A stretch of DNA of 64,000 nt from Phycisphaerales bacterium (GCA_012729595.1 JAAYCU010000283.1:4-64003), one strand, 5' to 3'; positions 26,580 to 37,596 are shown, counted from the first letter of the stretch. Program-made: numbers and translations. Notes: generated by a model from the letters alone, not told the origin.

Positions 26580-28331
26580 ATGCGGCCGGCAGGTCAACGC
26601 GTACGTATGGGGCAAGCGCTGATTGTCCTGACGGGTGTGCTTTTCGTGGCTCTGATCGGGCGGCTGGTGTACATTCAAACGGTTTTGCGCCCGGAGTTGT
26701 CAGCGTGGTCGGAGCAATATCAGTTTCGGGAAATCGTGCTCCCCGGACGGCGCGGGGCGATTCTCGATCGCCGGCAACGTGTCCTGGCCGGAAGTCGTGA
26801 ATCTCCGACAGTTTATGCCGACCCGCTACTGGTCGGCGACCATGCCGAGGCGGCCGAGATGCTCGCGCCGGCTCTTAATCTAACCCCTGGAGATGTCCAG
26901 AAACTTCTGGACAAGCCTACTTCACCTCGTTACGTGGTCCTGAAACGCCATCTGACCCCGATGGAGGCCGAGGCCGTCAAGGCTTTAGGGTTGGATGGGA
27001 TCGGTCTGCAGAACGAGCCGGCCCGGACATATCCCATGGGCGAGCTTGCCGCTCAGGTGGTGGGGTTTGTCAGCTCGGACGGGGGTGGGTTGGACGGTTT
27101 GGAATTGGCTTGGGAGCGTCATTTACGAGCGGTTTCCGGTAAGAGGATCGTCCACTGCGATGCCGGTCGAAGAGCCGTCTTTTCCAAGCCGGATTCGTTT
27201 ATACCGCCGAAAAACGGCTTGCATATCGTGTTAACGATCGATGCGGCCATCCAGGAAATCGTGGAACGCGAATTGGCAAAACAGGTCCAGGCTCGGCAGG
27301 CGGAAAGCGGAGTTGTCCTGCTGCTGAACCCCCAGAATGGTGAAGTCCTGGCCATGGCCAACTATCCGAGTTTCGATCCGTCTACTCCGAACCTTTTCCC
27401 CGTCGAGCATCGGCGGAACCGTATTCTGACCGACCCGGCTGAGCCGGGCAGTATATTCAAGCCGTTCGTAATGTGCGCCGCCTTGGCGGAGAAACTGGCC
27501 CGTCCGGAGGAAATAATCGATTGCGAGCGCGGGGCGTTTCGGATCGGCAAGCGGATACTGCATGATGTCCACTCCTATTCCGGTTTGACCGTAGCCCAGA
27601 TTATGATCAAATCGAGCAACATCGGCATGGCCAAATTAGGCTTGCGGCTTGGTAACGAGAAAATGCATTCCCATCTGTCCGACTTCGGTTTCGGACAGCC
27701 GACGGGGATCGACCTGCACGGCGAGAATCACGGTATCTTCATGCCCCTGCGGCGGTGGAATTCCTATACCACAACGTCCGTTCCCATGGGGCAGGAAATG
27801 GCCCCGACACCGCTTCAATTGGGAGTGGCCTTTTCCGCGATTGTCAACGGTGGACGACTGTATCAGCCACGGGTGGTCCGGGCGGTCATCGACAAATATG
27901 GCAATCTGGTCGAGGACCATAGTCAGCCGGTATTTCGCGGTCAGGTTATCGATCCGGAGGTCTCCGCCGACGTGTGCGACATGCTGAAAAGGGTAGTATC
28001 GTCGGAGGGTACGGGGCGGGCCTGTATCATGGACCGATGGGAGGTGTTGGGGAAGACCGGTACGGCTCAGGTGCCGGCTCGGAACCGCCGTGGTTACGAG
28101 CCGGGAGCTTATCTGGCTTCTTTTATGGCCGCCGCCCCGGCGAGCGATCCGGCGGTGGTGGCGGTGGTGATGATTCGTAAGCCCAAGGGAGCCCCTTATT
28201 ACGGAGGTACCGTGGCCGCTCCGGTGGCTAAGGCGATTTTCGAGCAGGTATTACCCTATCTGAATGTGCCCCCGGATAAGCCGGACGCGGCTTCCGTACG
28301 CTTGGCGAAAGGGGGCGCTTCGGGGCATTGA
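26580..28331 (+). CDS. ftsI: Peptidoglycan D,D-transpeptidase FtsI (class B PBP)
   Basis: The ATG at 26580 follows AAGGAGG. N-terminal TM. SxxK (GSIFKPF), SSN (KSSNIG) and KTGTA motifs. Confidence 0.9.
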   Translation: MRPAGQRVRMGQALIVLTGVLFVALIGRLVYIQTVLRPELSAWSEQYQFREIVLPGRRGAILDRRQRVLAGSRESPTVYADPLLVGDHAEAAEMLAPALNLTPGDVQKLLDKPTSPRYVVLKRHLTPMEAEAVKALGLDGIGLQNEPARTYPMGELAAQVVGFVSSDGGGLDGLELAWERHLRAVSGKRIVHCDAGRRAVFSKPDSFIPPKNGLHIVLTIDAAIQEIVERELAKQVQARQAESGVVLLLNPQNGEVLAMANYPSFDPSTPNLFPVEHRRNRILTDPAEPGSIFKPFVMCAALAEKLARPEEIIDCERGAFRIGKRILHDVHSYSGLTVAQIMIKSSNIGMAKLGLRLGNEKMHSHLSDFGFGQPTGIDLHGENHGIFMPLRRWNSYTTTSVPMGQEMAPTPLQLGVAFSAIVNGGRLYQPRVVRAVIDKYGNLVEDHSQPVFRGQVIDPEVSADVCDMLKRVVSSEGTGRACIMDRWEVLGKTGTAQVPARNRRGYEPGAYLASFMAAAPASDPAVVAVVMIRKPKGAPYYGGTVAAPVAKAIFEQVLPYLNVPPDKPDAASVRLAKGGASGH

Positions 28332-28513
28332 TTAAGAATGTCCGGTGCCGCGGTATGCCGACGATCCGGCGGAATCCGTCGGTTTCGAGGACGAACTCGA
28401 AACGAAGTTTCACGCACGAAGTGGCCGGTATCGATCTTTGCCGGTCTTTCCGGTTATAATCATTCCCCGATCGAAATACAGGCGGAGGAATTCCGCACCA
28501 AAGGACGTCATGG

Positions 28514-30100
28514 ATGACTGCGTCAATACGTCAAATTAAATGGAGCCGATTGGTCGCCTGCGCGGGGTTGTCCGCGTCAGGTGGCGAATCCGCGGACCCG
28601 TCGATCACCGCCATCGTGGACGATTCAAGGCAGGCCGGCCCGGGGGCGTGTTTTGTCGCGACACGCGGCACGCAGGTTGACGGTCATGTCTTTATCGAAC
28701 AAGCGTTGCAGGCCGGCGTGTCCGCGGTTATTTGTGAACGGCCGGTGGCGGTTCCGAAGGGGGTAGCCTGTCTGGTGTTGCCATGCACCCGGGGGGTGGC
28801 CGCTCGGCTGGCAGCGACTTTTCACGGGCTTGACCGGCTCCAGAATGAGGGACGTTTTCATCTGGTTGGCATTACCGGGACCAACGGCAAAAGCACGTTT
28901 TGTTATTTGTTGAAATCCATTTTGGAAGCGGCGCGTCATCGGACGGCTCTGCTCGGCACGATCGCGTATGATCTGGTTGGTCGCACCATAGAGGCGTCCA
29001 TGACCACTCCCCCGCCGGTGACTTTGATGGGTTATCTGGCGGAGGCCGCGAATGCCGGGGCGACGTACGCGGTAATGGAAGTCTCCAGCCACGCCTTGGA
29101 CCAGGGACGTTGCGACGGACTTCGTTTTGATGTCGGAGTATTCAGTAACCTGACCGGCGATCATCTGGACTATCACGTCGATATGGACAACTATCTTCGG
29201 GCCAAGAAGAAGTTATTCGACGGGTTGGACGAGCGGGCGACGGCCGCGATCAACATGGACGATCCCGCGGGGATACGGATGGTGGCTGATTGTCGGGCGC
29301 GTGTCCTGCGTTACGGTATTCTGGATGCGGATTGCCCAGATGATCGTGGACTGGATATTTACGCGGTATTGCGGGATATTCAGGCCGAGGGATCGTTGTT
29401 CGACCTGGTCCTGTCCGGGGTGGTCGAGCCGAATGGCTCCGGTGAGCGGCGTTGTCAGGTTCGCACCGCGATGGTTGGTCGTCATAACGTGCAGAACTGC
29501 CTGGCGGCGGCGGCCGCGGCGGTGGCTCTTGGAATCGACCTGGAAAGCATCGCCCGTGGCTTGGCCGCCATACGCGGAGTGCCCGGTCGTATGCAGCGGG
29601 TTCGTCCGCTAGCCGCCGACGGAACGGAAAACGATACCGGCTACACCGTGCTGGTGGATTACGCGCATACGGACGACGCGTTGCAAAATGTGCTGAGAGC
29701 CCTGCGTCCCCTGGCTCGCGGCCGTTTGCTGGTACTTTTCGGGTGCGGTGGTGATCGGGACCGGACCAAGCGGTCGCGGATGGCGAGAGTGGCCGCCGAA
29801 GGCGCTGATCTGGTAATGGTGACATCCGACAATCCTCGCAGCGAGGATCCGGCCAGGATCATCGAGGATATATTGACCGGTTTTACGGACTCGCAGCGGA
29901 CGAAAGTAAGGATTGAGGCGGATCGCCGCCGAGCGATCCATGAAGTAATCGGCCTGGCCGAGCCGGGGGATATCGTTCTGCTGGCGGGTAAGGGCCACGA
30001 AAATTATCAGATCATTGGGCGGGATAAACTGCCATTCGACGACGCCGCCGTGGCCGTCGAGGCGATGAGCAAAAGAAATGGTTGCGTCTGTTCATCATAG
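28514..30100 (+). CDS. murE: UDP-MurNAc-L-Ala-D-Glu:meso-DAP ligase
   Basis: GITGTNGKST and a DNPR motif (SDNPRSEDP), which points to DAP specificity. Mur ligase length and order. Confidence 0.92.
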   Translation: MTASIRQIKWSRLVACAGLSASGGESADPSITAIVDDSRQAGPGACFVATRGTQVDGHVFIEQALQAGVSAVICERPVAVPKGVACLVLPCTRGVAARLAATFHGLDRLQNEGRFHLVGITGTNGKSTFCYLLKSILEAARHRTALLGTIAYDLVGRTIEASMTTPPPVTLMGYLAEAANAGATYAVMEVSSHALDQGRCDGLRFDVGVFSNLTGDHLDYHVDMDNYLRAKKKLFDGLDERATAAINMDDPAGIRMVADCRARVLRYGILDADCPDDRGLDIYAVLRDIQAEGSLFDLVLSGVVEPNGSGERRCQVRTAMVGRHNVQNCLAAAAAAVALGIDLESIARGLAAIRGVPGRMQRVRPLAADGTENDTGYTVLVDYAHTDDALQNVLRALRPLARGRLLVLFGCGGDRDRTKRSRMARVAAEGADLVMVTSDNPRSEDPARIIEDILTGFTDSQRTKVRIEADRRRAIHEVIGLAEPGDIVLLAGKGHENYQIIGRDKLPFDDAAVAVEAMSKRNGCVCSS

Positions 30101-30170
30101 ATGCTGACCTTGGTTGAATATGCGTGTCTCATATTGGGATTCGCTGATTACCGAAGGCTGAAAGCTGCTT

Positions 30171-31625
30171 ATGAAACCCTTGACTCTGGAAGAAGTTGTG
30201 TCGGCCATGCAGGGAACCTGCGATCGGGCCGCGCCTTTGGGTAACGTGCTTCGCGTTTCCACGGATACTCGGGATACCGAGCCGGGCGATTTGTTCGTAG
30301 CCATTACCGGTGAACGGTTCGATGGGCATGATTTCGTGGACCGGGCGGCGGCCGGGGGAGCGATTGCCGCGGTGGTTCGTAACGATTATGCGCCGAAACC
30401 CGTGCGTGGACCGAGCGGCAAGCGGATCCCGCCGTCGCGGCCGGCGTTTTTGATTCGGGTGGATGATACGGTCAAGGCTCTCGGCCGCCTGGCCCGCTAT
30501 TACCGTCGGTCGGTTCTGGCCGGCAGCGTGACCGTCGTGGCCGTGACGGGCAGCAACGGCAAGACCACGACCAAGTCGATGATCGCCCATATCCTGGCCG
30601 GCCGCTGGACGGGCAAGGCTTCGCTGAAAAGTTTTAACAATGCCATAGGCGTACCCTTGACCTTGCTTTCGTCCGACGCGAAGGACAAGTTTGTTATTTG
30701 CGAGGTGGGCACTAATCATCTGGGAGAGATCGCCGAATTGGCCTATCTGGTCGAGCCGGAGGTCGCGGTGATTACCGGCGTATCGGAGGCCCATCTGGCC
30801 GGTTTGGGCAGTCTGGAAAACATCGCCGGCGAAAAGCTATCATTGTTGCGTTTCCTGCGCGGCGAGGGTTGCGGGATCGTCAATGCGGATCAGGAAGTGA
30901 TCCGGGATACGATCCATCGGGATCGGGAGTTGAGCCAACAGAAACTGGTTTATTTTGGATGCTGGCCGGAAGCCGATTTGCGTCTTACCGCCTTGCGTGT
31001 CGAACAGATGGATACGGGGGTTGCGGGGATGCCGGGCCTGGTTTTCGAGGTCAATGATCGTTTCGCATATCGATTGCCCGTTCCCGGGCGGCATAATGGG
31101 ATGAACGCGCTGGCCGCGGTGGCCGTGGCAAGGCGATTTGGGATGGATCACGAGGAGATTGCCGAACGGTTGGCCTCTTTTACCATGCCGGCCATGCGCC
31201 TTAACGGTGAGCGGATCGGTTCGTTGACCCTGATCAACGACGCCTATAACGCAAACCCGGCGTCTCTGGCTGCCGCCGTGGAGGTTTTAGCCGACATTCC
31301 AGCGCGGCGGAGAGTCTTGATCGTTGGGGACATGCGTGAGCTGGGCGACGATACCCAGCGGTTACATCGCGAGGCCGCGATCCGGATTGCCCGGAGCGAA
31401 CCCGATGTGGTTATCGCGGTCGGCGAGAACGCGGACTTGATCGGTCAGACCATACGGGACGAGGCCGATAAGATTGAGACACACGTATACTCGACCACTA
31501 CTCTGGCTCGAAAGCGGTTGATCTCGCATCTGAGCAAGGACGATACCGTGTTGATAAAGGGCTCGCGGGCTTTAGCGTTGGAGCAACTGGCCGAGAAGAT
31601 CAAGGAGTGGGCCGTAGAGCGGTAG
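30171..31625 (+). CDS. murF: UDP-MurNAc-tripeptide:D-Ala-D-Ala ligase
   Basis: VTGSNGKTTTK and NDAYNANP. Positioned after murE. Confidence 0.9.
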   Translation: MKPLTLEEVVSAMQGTCDRAAPLGNVLRVSTDTRDTEPGDLFVAITGERFDGHDFVDRAAAGGAIAAVVRNDYAPKPVRGPSGKRIPPSRPAFLIRVDDTVKALGRLARYYRRSVLAGSVTVVAVTGSNGKTTTKSMIAHILAGRWTGKASLKSFNNAIGVPLTLLSSDAKDKFVICEVGTNHLGEIAELAYLVEPEVAVITGVSEAHLAGLGSLENIAGEKLSLLRFLRGEGCGIVNADQEVIRDTIHRDRELSQQKLVYFGCWPEADLRLTALRVEQMDTGVAGMPGLVFEVNDRFAYRLPVPGRHNGMNALAAVAVARRFGMDHEEIAERLASFTMPAMRLNGERIGSLTLINDAYNANPASLAAAVEVLADIPARRRVLIVGDMRELGDDTQRLHREAAIRIARSEPDVVIAVGENADLIGQTIRDEADKIETHVYSTTTLARKRLISHLSKDDTVLIKGSRALALEQLAEKIKEWAVER

Positions 31626-31802
31626 TGCCCGGTAAGCTGGGTGCTATGGTAATCCTTCATGCAAATGAATAAGACGGAGAGACAGCGAGAGGGAGGTTCG
31701 TGGAGAACATGGTACGCCATGGTTCTTCCCTCGGTCGCTCCATCTGACTCTCGGCATTCTGCGCTTATGTGGATACCGAATATGAAAGTGGCTGGATAAT
31801 AA

Positions 31803-32945
31803 GTGTTTTATCATATATGTGACTATCTGCTGGACTACCCCGCGGGCCCCTATGCTTATAAGGATGCGCTGTTTCGCGGGACGTGCGCGGTCCTACTGGG
31901 CTTCGTGGTGGTCTGGCTGCTGAGTCCGCGGGTGATCCGCGAGCTGATGCGGCGCAAGATCGGTGACCGTCCGGAATTCGATCATGCCGATCTGAACGAG
32001 ATCGCCAAGGATAAGAAGAACACGCCGACTATGGGGGGGATCCTGATCGTGATGGGGATCCTGATCTGCGTGTTGCTCCTGGGTGATTTACGGAATTACT
32101 ACATACGTATGGGGCTGTTCTGCATGGGCTGGTTGGCCTGTCTGGGCGGCATCGATGATTACCTTAAGTTGACCGGGTATACCCGTAGCGGGACGCGGGA
32201 CGGCCTGAAAATGTACGAGAAACTGCTGTTCCAGGTCGGGCTGGGCGTGCTGCTGGGGTTTTTTATCTACCGCCACGGCCAGCATAACGCGGCCATGGCC
32301 GTCGTCAGCGGAGAATCGGTCGAGGCGTTCCGTATTCTCAGCGTGCCTTTTTATAAATACGGCATACAACTGGGCATCCCCGCCTTTCTGATCGTGACGG
32401 TGCTGGTGCTTACCGGTACTTCCAACGCGGTGAATCTGACCGACGGGATGGACGGGCTGGCCAGCGGTTGCATGGCCTTGTGCAGTTTCGTATTCATGGT
32501 TTTCGTCTATCTGGGCGGCGATGCCGAGCGGGCTCACAGTCTCCTGATTCCGTATATCCCTCTGACCGGGGAGCTGGCCGTCCTGTGTGGGGCCATGCTC
32601 GGGGCCTGCCTTGGATTCTTGTGGTATAACGCCTATCCGGCCCAGGTTTTCATGGGCGACACCGGATCGCTGCCTCTGGGCGGGTTGATCGGCTATGTGG
32701 CCATTGTTACCCGAAACGAGCTGATGCTTTTTATCGTGGGCGGAGTATTCGTAATCGAGGCCATCTCCGTTCTGCTCCAGGTCGGGTACTTCAAGGCGAC
32801 CGGCGGTAAACGCATATTCCGTGTTGCCCCGATCCATCACCACTTTCATCTTGGCGGCTGGACGGAGACGCAGACGGTGATCCGCTTCTGGCTGATGGCG
32901 GCCATCTTTGCCGGGATCGCCTTGGCTACCGTGAAACTTCGCTGA
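31803..32945 (+). CDS. mraY: Phospho-MurNAc-pentapeptide translocase
   Basis: Polytopic. NAVNLTDGMDGLA, FMGDTGSL and PIHHHFHLGGW. Confidence 0.93.
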   Translation: MFYHICDYLLDYPAGPYAYKDALFRGTCAVLLGFVVVWLLSPRVIRELMRRKIGDRPEFDHADLNEIAKDKKNTPTMGGILIVMGILICVLLLGDLRNYYIRMGLFCMGWLACLGGIDDYLKLTGYTRSGTRDGLKMYEKLLFQVGLGVLLGFFIYRHGQHNAAMAVVSGESVEAFRILSVPFYKYGIQLGIPAFLIVTVLVLTGTSNAVNLTDGMDGLASGCMALCSFVFMVFVYLGGDAERAHSLLIPYIPLTGELAVLCGAMLGACLGFLWYNAYPAQVFMGDTGSLPLGGLIGYVAIVTRNELMLFIVGGVFVIEAISVLLQVGYFKATGGKRIFRVAPIHHHFHLGGWTETQTVIRFWLMAAIFAGIALATVKLR

Positions 32946-33034
32946 GGGGGTGGACGGATGGGCGGCGTTGTGTCGATACACATGCAGGACACGCGAGAAG
33001 GAGGGGAAACCCACGGCGGCACGTTGGATGCGGC

Positions 33035-34291
33035 GTGCCGGCCGCAGAGAGTGTTGCTATGAGCGAGGCCCTGCCTATATCAATGCCTGACATGACCGCC
33101 GATACTGCTGAGCCGGATCTGAACGAAGGGGCCGGGCTATTTACCTCGCGGGCCATAATTGCTATTGCCGTTGGTCTGATGGGGGTCGGGGCTATCATGA
33201 CCTGCTCGGCCGGCGCCACTCTAGGGCGGCCGTTGCTGGGCTGGCGCTTCTGGGAATTTCAAGCCGGGCGACAAATTCTGTTTATTCTAGCCGGTATGAT
33301 TGCCATGCTAGTTGTGGCTCGTATCCCTTACCGAATATGGTCGGCGGGGGGAGGGGCTTTGGCCTTGGTCGCCTTGGTGCTGGCTATCGGTTCCCTTGTG
33401 CTGGTCTATGTTCCCGGTCTGGGCGTGGAGGTTAACCAGGCTCGACGATGGGTTCGGGTCAGTCCGGACAGTGTTGGGTTACGTTTTCAACCTTCGGAGT
33501 TGATTAAGATCATGCTGCCGATTTTTCTGGCGGTGTGGCTGACCCTAAGAGTAGATATTTCGCGGTTCTGGACCGGCCTGATACCGATAGTGGGCGTTAT
33601 TGGTGTCTGCGTGGCCGGTATCGGCTTGGAGGATTTTGGGACCGCGGCTCTCCTGGCCGGGGTGGCCGGTACCATGCTCCTGGTCGGCGGAGCCCGACTG
33701 TGGCATCTGTTCTTAATGGTTCTGCCGGCCCTGCCGGCATTTGGATACCTGCTGATCAGCCGACAGCACCGTATGCGCCGACTGTTGACCTATCTGAATA
33801 TCTGGGAGGATCCGCAGGGCGAGGGTTATCAGGTGATCCAGTCGCTCTGCACGATCGCCCACGGTGGATGGTGGGGGCGGGGCTTGGGTAACGGGATGAT
33901 TAAGACCTATCTGCCCGAGGCCCGCACCGATTTTATCTTTGCGGTGATCTGCGAGGAGTTGGGGATCGCGGGCGCGGCGGTGGTTATCGCCTTATTGATT
34001 GCCCTGCTTTGGCAGGGTTTGAAAACGGTTCGAATATGCGGCGATCCAACGGGCCGTCTGCTGGCCTTCGGGATCACCATTACGCTTGGGTTACAGGCGG
34101 CTATGAACATTGCCGTGGTCACGGTTTCCGTGCCAACCAAGGGTATTTCGCTTCCTCTGGTATCCGCCGGGGGGTCCGGGGCGATTTTTCTTGGTATGCT
34201 CGTTGGTCTGTTGGCCAATATCGCGAGGAAGAGCGACAGGGGGGTACCGCTTACGGGCGATTCGAAAACATTGAATAACAGGTGCGGATAG
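33035..34291 (+). CDS. ftsW: SEDS glycosyltransferase FtsW
   Basis: Polytopic. FQPSELIKI and TDFIFAVICEELG. The start is the GTG at 33035 or the ATG at 33059. Confidence 0.88.
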   Translation: MPAAESVAMSEALPISMPDMTADTAEPDLNEGAGLFTSRAIIAIAVGLMGVGAIMTCSAGATLGRPLLGWRFWEFQAGRQILFILAGMIAMLVVARIPYRIWSAGGGALALVALVLAIGSLVLVYVPGLGVEVNQARRWVRVSPDSVGLRFQPSELIKIMLPIFLAVWLTLRVDISRFWTGLIPIVGVIGVCVAGIGLEDFGTAALLAGVAGTMLLVGGARLWHLFLMVLPALPAFGYLLISRQHRMRRLLTYLNIWEDPQGEGYQVIQSLCTIAHGGWWGRGLGNGMIKTYLPEARTDFIFAVICEELGIAGAAVVIALLIALLWQGLKTVRICGDPTGRLLAFGITITLGLQAAMNIAVVTVSVPTKGISLPLVSAGGSGAIFLGMLVGLLANIARKSDRGVPLTGDSKTLNNRCG

Positions 34292-34445
34292 AAGTGGGAG
34301 ACCAGGAGAAGGGAAGAGGGGGCAATGAAACAGGGTTATCCCATATCTCCGATTCTTCTCCTCCCCGCGTCTGTCCCTCATGCATATTTGCGTGTCGTTT
34401 ATTAACATGGTTCTCGCCGGTGCAACAGGAACACAGCAGGTCATG

Positions 34446-35609
34446 ACCCAGAATCCTTGGATCGTTTTCGCCGGCGGGGGGACAGGTGGGCATCTGTTTC
34501 CCGCCTTGGGGGTGGTGGAGGCCTTGCGCGGCCGTAGCCTGCCCGTCGACGTGACTTTCTTCTGTACTACCCGACCGATCGACGGTGAAGTCCTAGGCCG
34601 GGCCGGCCTGGAGGCGGTTCCCCAGTCGGTTCTTCCGTTCACCAGCAAACCTTGGCGCTGGCCAGCCTTTTTGCGGCAGTGGCGGCGATCGGTTACGTCC
34701 TGTCATCGGGCGTTTACTGCCCGGCGTCCGGCGGTGGTGGTCGGGGCGGGCGGTTATGCCTCCGGGCCGCCGGTACATGCGGCCATGAAACTGGGGATCC
34801 CGACATACCTGCTCAATCCGGACGCCCTGCCCGGCCGGGCTAATCGCTGGCTGGCCCGGCGAAAGGATTTGAGCGGCATTTTTGCCCAATGGCCGGTGAC
34901 TAAGAAGCATTTTTCATCGTCGGCGCGAGTGATAGTGGCCGGCTGCCCGGTTCGACCGGCATTTCGGGCTCTGCCAGACGCGCACCTGGACCGGCATTTC
35001 GGCCTGGTTCCAGAACGTAAGACGCTGCTGATTACGGGTGCCTCTCAAGGAGCCCGGACCATCAACGAGGCCTTGATCGATCTGGCCGACCAGATCGCCC
35101 GGACGGGTTGGCAGGTTTTACACCTGAGCGGTACGGCCGACCGGGACCGGGTTGAGCAAGCCTATGCCCGGGCCGCCGAAAATTGCCGTCCGACGCATTT
35201 TCCCTATCGCGTTCTGGCCTTTTCCGATCTGATGGCCGAGGCCATGGTCGGGGCGGACCTGATCGTTTCGCGGGCGGGTGCTTCCAGTCTGGCGGAAATC
35301 CAGGTTGTGGGCAAGCCCTCCGTGTTGCTCCCATACCCGTTTCATCGGGATAAGCACCAGTGGCATAACGCGGCGGTCTTGTCCGAGGCTGGGGCGGCCG
35401 TGCTGATAGATGATACTCGCGACGGTCGCCGGAACGCCGAGCTGCTTGGCCCTATTCTGGCCGACTTGATGGGCGACGATAATAAGCGTGATGGCATGTC
35501 CGCTGCCGTCCGGTCCTTGGCCTATCCTGAGTCCGCCGAACGTATCGCCGAATATTTATTGGCCGAGGCGAAAAAACCGCTTTCCGCTCCCGTGAGATCG
35601 CCATCGTGA
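34446..35609 (+). CDS. murG: UDP-GlcNAc:lipid I GlcNAc transferase
   Basis: FAGGGTGGHLFPALGV and the SRAGASSLAEI region. The ORF-track start at 34380 is probably an extension. Confidence 0.9.
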   Translation, partial: TQNPWIVFAGGGTGGHLFPALGVVEALRGRSLPVDVTFFCTTRPIDGEVLGRAGLEAVPQSVLPFTSKPWRWPAFLRQWRRSVTSCHRAFTARRPAVVVGAGGYASGPPVHAAMKLGIPTYLLNPDALPGRANRWLARRKDLSGIFAQWPVTKKHFSSSARVIVAGCPVRPAFRALPDAHLDRHFGLVPERKTLLITGASQGARTINEALIDLADQIARTGWQVLHLSGTADRDRVEQAYARAAENCRPTHFPYRVLAFSDLMAEAMVGADLIVSRAGASSLAEIQVVGKPSVLLPYPFHRDKHQWHNAAVLSEAGAAVLIDDTRDGRRNAELLGPILADLMGDDNKRDGMSAAVRSLAYPESAERIAEYLLAEAKKPLSAPVRSPS

Positions 35610-35913
35610 GCGGTTCATTTGCTCAATTCTGAATCTTTCTGAATGGTGGCCCATAAAGCTCTCGATACCCCTCAAGGAATTGCAAATCGACTCCCGATAC
35701 TCTTATATGGATTGGCTTTAGCGCAGGTGCGCCGCGTCTTTCCGAGTACTATTTATGCGGCGCGATCTGGAGTTTTTCTTTCATTGCTCAGGGTCTTTGA
35801 TTAAAATAACCCGATACTGGTGCGGATCGCTACCGGTAACGTCTGGTAGGTCGGGCTTGTAGCCTACGGACGCCCCGGGCGTTCGCGGATTTTTTTCCAG
35901 GAAGGAATTTTTC

Positions 35914-37410
35914 ATGTCCAGAGGCGCACGGATGATCGGCCTGACGGGCAGCGAAATAAAGGTGGCACCGCCGCTCTATCCGGCGGTTCCTTCTCTGCGG
36001 GACTTCACGAGGAATTGGCTACCCGTTGGGCAACGCGTGCACCTTATCGGTGTAGGCGGTTGCGGTATGCGCGGGGCGGCGGAAATGCTGCTGCGCCGCG
36101 GGGCTATTGTAAGCGGGTCTGATCGGGCGGCTTCCGATGCCACCGCGATACTTGCCAGCCATGGCGCGAAGGTTTACACCACGCAAGCAGCAGACCATCT
36201 GCCCGAATCATGCCATCTGGTGGTCTATTCAGCCGCCATCAAGGAAACAAACCCCGAGCTGGCGGAAGCCCGGCGTCGCGGATATCCGGTGATGAAGTAT
36301 TCTCAATTGCTCGGCCTGCTCATGGCTCAGCAGACGGGCCTGGCCATCGCCGGGACGCACGGCAAGAGTACCACGACGGCCATGGTCGCCTATGTACTCC
36401 GCCGGGCGGGGTGCGATCCGTCCTATGTGATTGGGGCGGAGGTCGAGCAACTCGGCGGCGGGTCCGGTTACGGCGAGGGCGAGCACTTCGTCGTCGAGGC
36501 CTGCGAGTACGATCGTTCGTTCGTAAATCTACGGCCGCGGTTGGCCGCTATTCTAAACATCGAGGAAGACCATCTCGATTACTATGCCGATCTCGACGCG
36601 ATAGAAGAGGCTTTCAGGGATTTTATCGCGTTGCTACCCGCTGACGGGCTACTGGTAGTCAACGGCGAGGATCGCAATGTTCAGCGGGTGCTGGCCGGGT
36701 CGGTTGCCCCGGTGGAGACTTTTGGTTTCGAGGGTAACTTTAATTGGCGAGCCAACATCCTGGACAGCAATAACGGTTGTATCCGTTTCGAGGTTTGGCG
36801 AGGCGACCGGGTACTGACCGAGGTGGCCATGTCTATTCCGGGTCGGCATAACGCGTCCAACGCCCTGGCGGCGATGGCCTTGTGCTTCCGGGCCGGGGTG
36901 GAGCCGGAGACCATTGCCAAGGCCTTGGGCGAGTTCGGCGGGGCCGGACGACGCCTGACCCTTCGCGGTAGTGTCGCCGGGGTGACCGTAGTGGACGATT
37001 ATGCCCATCACCCCACCGAGATTCAGGTTACGCTTCGGGCGGCGCGGGACTTCTATCGCCCGCGCAAGATGTTCGTTGTCTTTCAGCCGCACCAGCATTC
37101 GCGGACTCGTTGCCTGTTGAATGATTTCGCTCGGAGTTTCGGCTCCGCCGACTTGGTGATCGTGCCGGATATTTTCTTTGTCCGGGACAGTGAATCCGAG
37201 CGTGATTTGATCGATTCCATCGATCTGGTCGAGCGGATTCATGCCCAGGGAGGCGAGGCCCGCTACGAAAAAAGTTTCGAGCGAATCGTGATGCAATTAG
37301 GCCGGGAGGTTCGCGAAGGCGACCTGGTGATCACAATGGGGGCCGGCGACGTATGGCGGATGGCCGACCAATTGTTGGATTGCCTCAAACAAACACGCTC
37401 GGGGAAATAG
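35914..37410 (+). CDS. murC: UDP-MurNAc:L-alanine ligase
   Basis: HLIGVGGCGMRGAAE, GTHGKSTTTAM and DDYAHHPTEI. The RBS is AGGAAGGA. Confidence 0.92.
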   Translation: MSRGARMIGLTGSEIKVAPPLYPAVPSLRDFTRNWLPVGQRVHLIGVGGCGMRGAAEMLLRRGAIVSGSDRAASDATAILASHGAKVYTTQAADHLPESCHLVVYSAAIKETNPELAEARRRGYPVMKYSQLLGLLMAQQTGLAIAGTHGKSTTTAMVAYVLRRAGCDPSYVIGAEVEQLGGGSGYGEGEHFVVEACEYDRSFVNLRPRLAAILNIEEDHLDYYADLDAIEEAFRDFIALLPADGLLVVNGEDRNVQRVLAGSVAPVETFGFEGNFNWRANILDSNNGCIRFEVWRGDRVLTEVAMSIPGRHNASNALAAMALCFRAGVEPETIAKALGEFGGAGRRLTLRGSVAGVTVVDDYAHHPTEIQVTLRAARDFYRPRKMFVVFQPHQHSRTRCLLNDFARSFGSADLVIVPDIFFVRDSESERDLIDSIDLVERIHAQGGEARYEKSFERIVMQLGREVREGDLVITMGAGDVWRMADQLLDCLKQTRSGK

Positions 37411-37596
37411 GCGCGTTATCGAGGCCCGCTTGGAACCTCGGACCGCGCGATAAGTGGGTGGGGACGGAGTGCATCGGCGTTGAATGGGACATGGGCAAGC
37501 GGACGGGATATACTGCCTTCCGGCTTGTGACGGAACGCGGAGAACGTATTTGATCGGGTGGTTTTGCTGGTCCCTGGTCGGCGGTCGAAAGTGGGA

